From Phoronis australis (lineage: Eukaryota > Animalia > Phoronida): a stretch of 64,000 nucleotides of DNA. Where the stretch lies: contig NMRA01000035.1 of NCBI GenBank assembly GCA_002633005.1, positions 1 to 64,000 on the forward strand, given 5' to 3'. The position numbers and the translations under genes were made by a program. The notes under the pieces are model-generated. The model had not been told where the DNA came from. It made no database searches and saw only the letters and a list, made by a program, of their open reading frames with translations. Of the stretch, positions 63,401 through 64,000 are shown piece by piece (within the stretch, counting starts at the first letter, position 1; every line of letters starts with the position of its first letter).

Positions 63401-63839
63401 TATCTAGAATCTGTCTAAAGGAACATCCTGCCTGCCACCTCCATTATCGAACCCTGTTTGCCAAATTTCATGATGTCCCATCCATGGTAAGAGCATGTTC
63501 GAAAAACTTCATAAATATCCATCACAGGCTTCAGGAGATACAACAGCAAATGTTGCATGCTAGCTGGACACTGGACAGAGGGGATGACAGCATAATGTGC
63601 CCATACATATTAATCTATATGTAGGCACATAAAAATCGAGACACCACAGGGCTGACAGACCAATGCACCACTGGGCACAGTGAGACACCACCAGGCACAA
63701 AAAAGTTTCACTGGACTCCGCACCACATGACACAAACATTACAAACCTGTAAGCAAATCCTTAGGTGGTTCATCAGGCGAATACGTTGTCTTTGTCACTG
63801 ATCTTTGTACAAAGCCCGTCTCATTCGTTTCTCGCCATT
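27230..63839 (-). CDS. ANK2: Giant acidic protein, probable giant ankyrin isoform (UNC-44L/Ank2-L type), 3' part; exons 63839-63747, 60993-60871, 60077-60048, 57660-45400, 45094-44693, 44132-44100, 42787-35495, 31861-31814, 31364-31254, 30784-30695, 28846-28792, 27419-27230
   Basis: Two huge uninterrupted E/S/T/P/D-rich ORFs bounded by canonical splice sites and joined by phase-1 exons. Repeated SSLxEFERLE and STDSL motifs match my recollection of invertebrate giant ankyrin tails. ANK, ZU5 and death domains are not in the window, so the identity is inferred. Confidence 0.7.
27675..27835. mobile_element. Small non-autonomous TIR element (CAGGGGCGGATC-type) with 5-bp TSD; contains an assembly gap
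   Basis: Left end CAGGGGCGGATCCAG, right end AATCCACCACTG; GTTAC on both flanks (27670-27674, 27836-27840); N run at 27713-27724. Confidence 0.75.
28792..28846 (-). CDS. Small exon of the ankyrin-like gene (phase 1 to 2)
   Basis: tttgttctag|CT GCC AGT...AGT GCA AG|gtgggg; AASSCQREQEKEPAYDSAR; it supplies the phase change the terminal exon needs. Confidence 0.55.
30695..30784 (-). CDS. 90-nt cassette exon of the ankyrin-like gene
   Basis: tgcttgcgtccag|CC CAG AAA...TTT ACA G|gttata; AQKMGPPFVQPSVLGSLDEDDDGDCGEHFT. Confidence 0.55.
31254..31364 (-). CDS. 111-nt cassette exon of the ankyrin-like gene
   Basis: gatgccatctcttcag|AG AGA AAA...CTG CAT G|gtactc; ERKVAHLHKHISIDEDMKADYDPTEHEELSAGIPELH. 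Confidence 0.5.
31814..31861 (-). CDS. 48-nt cassette exon of the ankyrin-like gene
   Basis: tgctttcag|CT GAA GAG GAC...CCC AAA G|gttaat; AEEDRLDMAEGGVKPK. Confidence 0.65.
33699..34867 (+). mobile_element. Internally deleted DNA transposon with TIRs and a THAP-like N-terminal remnant (PIF/Harbinger-ISL2EU-like)
   Basis: Left AATAGTCCTTTCGCGAGTT...TGTGACGTCACCTGAAGTAGGGCAAA mirrors right TTTGCCCCTCTTCCGGTGACATCACA...AACTCGCAAGTGAGCTATT; the ATG at 33866 gives MPNKHCCYGKCNSDSHY. Confidence 0.7.
35495..42787 (-). CDS. Giant exon 2 (7,293 nt, 2,431 codons) of the ankyrin-like gene
   Basis: Acceptor tttctgcag|AT CTT CCC, donor CCA G|gtatac; within ORF 35430-42878; highly acidic; 31-aa tandem repeats, four SL(A/Q/S)EFE(R/K)(L/M)E motifs and repeated DSL motifs. 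Confidence 0.92.
38150..39300 (-). repeat. Coding tandem repeat, ~93 bp / 31 aa (EASRDFEPEEEETAEDLIIVEDVKPQEVATH), about 10 copies
   Basis: Visible in both the DNA (recurrent TCAAAGTCACGTGAAGCTTC) and the translation. Confidence 0.93.
43607..43917. mobile_element. MITE-like element
   Basis: AAAACGCTAGCA (43622) is inverted relative to TGCTAGCGTTTT (about 43889-43900); internal degenerate copies of the motif. Confidence 0.55.
44100..44132 (-). CDS. 33-nt micro-exon of the ankyrin-like gene
   Basis: tcttttgcag|CT GAC TTT GAT GAC GAT AGA GTA CAA TCA GAA G|gtatgt; ADFDDDRVQSE. Confidence 0.72.
44343..44444. repeat. Short fold-back or MITE relic
   Basis: TTTTGAGAACCA ... TGGTTCTCAAAA perfect 12-bp inverted repeat, with outer GTCGGATAT/ATATGCGAC pairing. 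Confidence 0.55.
44693..45094 (-). CDS. 402-nt exon of the ankyrin-like gene
   Basis: tgttgcag|GT AAC AGC GAG...TCG AAA G|gtatac; GNSEDELYDHFEEEACYIASP...KHHSLDDDLLTYSSK. Confidence 0.85.
45400..57660 (-). CDS. Giant exon 1 (12,261 nt, 4,087 codons) of the ankyrin-like gene, E/V/S/T/P/H-rich repeats
   Basis: Pyrimidine tract plus catatcag|GT AAA GCC at 57661-57663, with an in-frame TAA ~50 nt upstream that constrains the acceptor; donor CCA G|gtcaga; phase 1-1; ~11-aa EHEPESVTPEV-type repeats over about 3,400 aa. Confidence 0.92.
58071..58618. mobile_element. Degenerate TIR element (possible MITE)
   Basis: TCAGTGCAAA...GGTGCTAAA on the left versus TTTAGCACC...TTTCACTGA on the right. Confidence 0.35.
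59167..59601. mobile_element. PIF/Harbinger-type MITE with ~55-bp TIRs and CTG TSD
   Basis: TGCCCGGTTGCATGAAACAGTCCCAAATAGGGACTCAACTAAGTTCCCTAAATCT versus AGACTTAGGGACCTTAGTTGAGTCCCTATTTGAGACTGTTCCATGCAACCGATCA; CTG at 59164-59166 and 59602-59604. Confidence 0.88.
60048..60077 (-). CDS. 30-nt micro-exon of the ankyrin-like gene
   Basis: ttatttttcag|AA GGT GGT GCC AAT GCT GGC GAT GTC GAT G|gtaagt; EGGANAGDVD. Confidence 0.75.
60871..60993 (-). CDS. 123-nt exon of the ankyrin-like gene
   Basis: gtatgttttag|TG TTT GAG...ACA GAA G|gtgcgg; VFESDDEHPGTPIITLTEDRSSPYDGDSYLQYFDYGQTYTE. Confidence 0.7.
61690..62026 (-). mobile_element. Helentron/HINE (DINE-1/pearl-like) non-autonomous fragment
   Basis: GCCACTAACTAGGGGGCAC subrepeat, GGACAGACGGACAG microsatellite and a terminal stem-loop before AATAAA; related to 62642-63635. 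Confidence 0.5.
62642..63635 (-). mobile_element. Helentron/HINE-type non-autonomous element with internal degenerate tandem subunits
   Basis: Begins AACAAG and ends with the hairpin TGTGCCCATACATA...TATGTAGGCACA plus TAAAAA; internal recurring GCCAC(T/C/A)AG..GG and AAATTTCA(T/A) motifs; (TTA)n at 62713-62739. Confidence 0.6.
63747..63839 (-). CDS. 93-nt exon of the ankyrin-like gene (most 5' exon visible)
   Basis: Branch point TACTAAC, then cttttactgatag|AA TGG CGA...CTT ACA G|gtttgt; EWRETNETGFVQRSVTKTTYSPDEPPKDLLT. Confidence 0.72.
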
Positions 63840-64000
63840 CTATCAGTAAAAGTTAGTAGTGAAGAACAAGGCACAGTGTGATCAAGTACGAGTGCAAAAT
63901 GCCAGCACCAAGTGATTTCACGAAGTGAGAAGTAAATGATAATCTCACAACAGCTAAGAATGGAAGACTATAGAGACGCAATGATGACTTAGCAGTCAAG

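Overview
Eukaryotic, intron-rich invertebrate DNA; the repeat types suggest a mollusc or other lophotrochozoan. No prokaryotic features or CRISPR arrays. (1) + strand 5318-14013: the last nine coding exons of an SMCHD1 orthologue (coiled coil, SMC hinge, basic tail). (2) - strand 1-2143: a leucine-rich-repeat gene, apparently nested antisense in an SMCHD1 intron and broken by an assembly N at 1813. (3) 14-26 kb: a 3.2-kb satellite with higher-order structure, three LINE relics (RTE, CR1-like, Tx1/L1-like), a 60-bp tandem repeat and a candidate spliced non-coding transcript. (4) - strand 27230-63839: the 3' half of a giant acidic protein gene, most likely a giant ankyrin of UNC-44L/Ank2-L type, with 12,261-nt and 7,293-nt exons plus small phase-1 cassette exons. 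Most notable observations: 14 tandem near-consensus CTCF motifs in an SMCHD1 intron, CTCF-like motifs in Helentron-type repeats, hierarchical repeat expansion in the 12-kb exon, and a satellite-containing candidate lncRNA convergent with SMCHD1. All homology calls rest on recalled sequences and manual translation; no searches were run.
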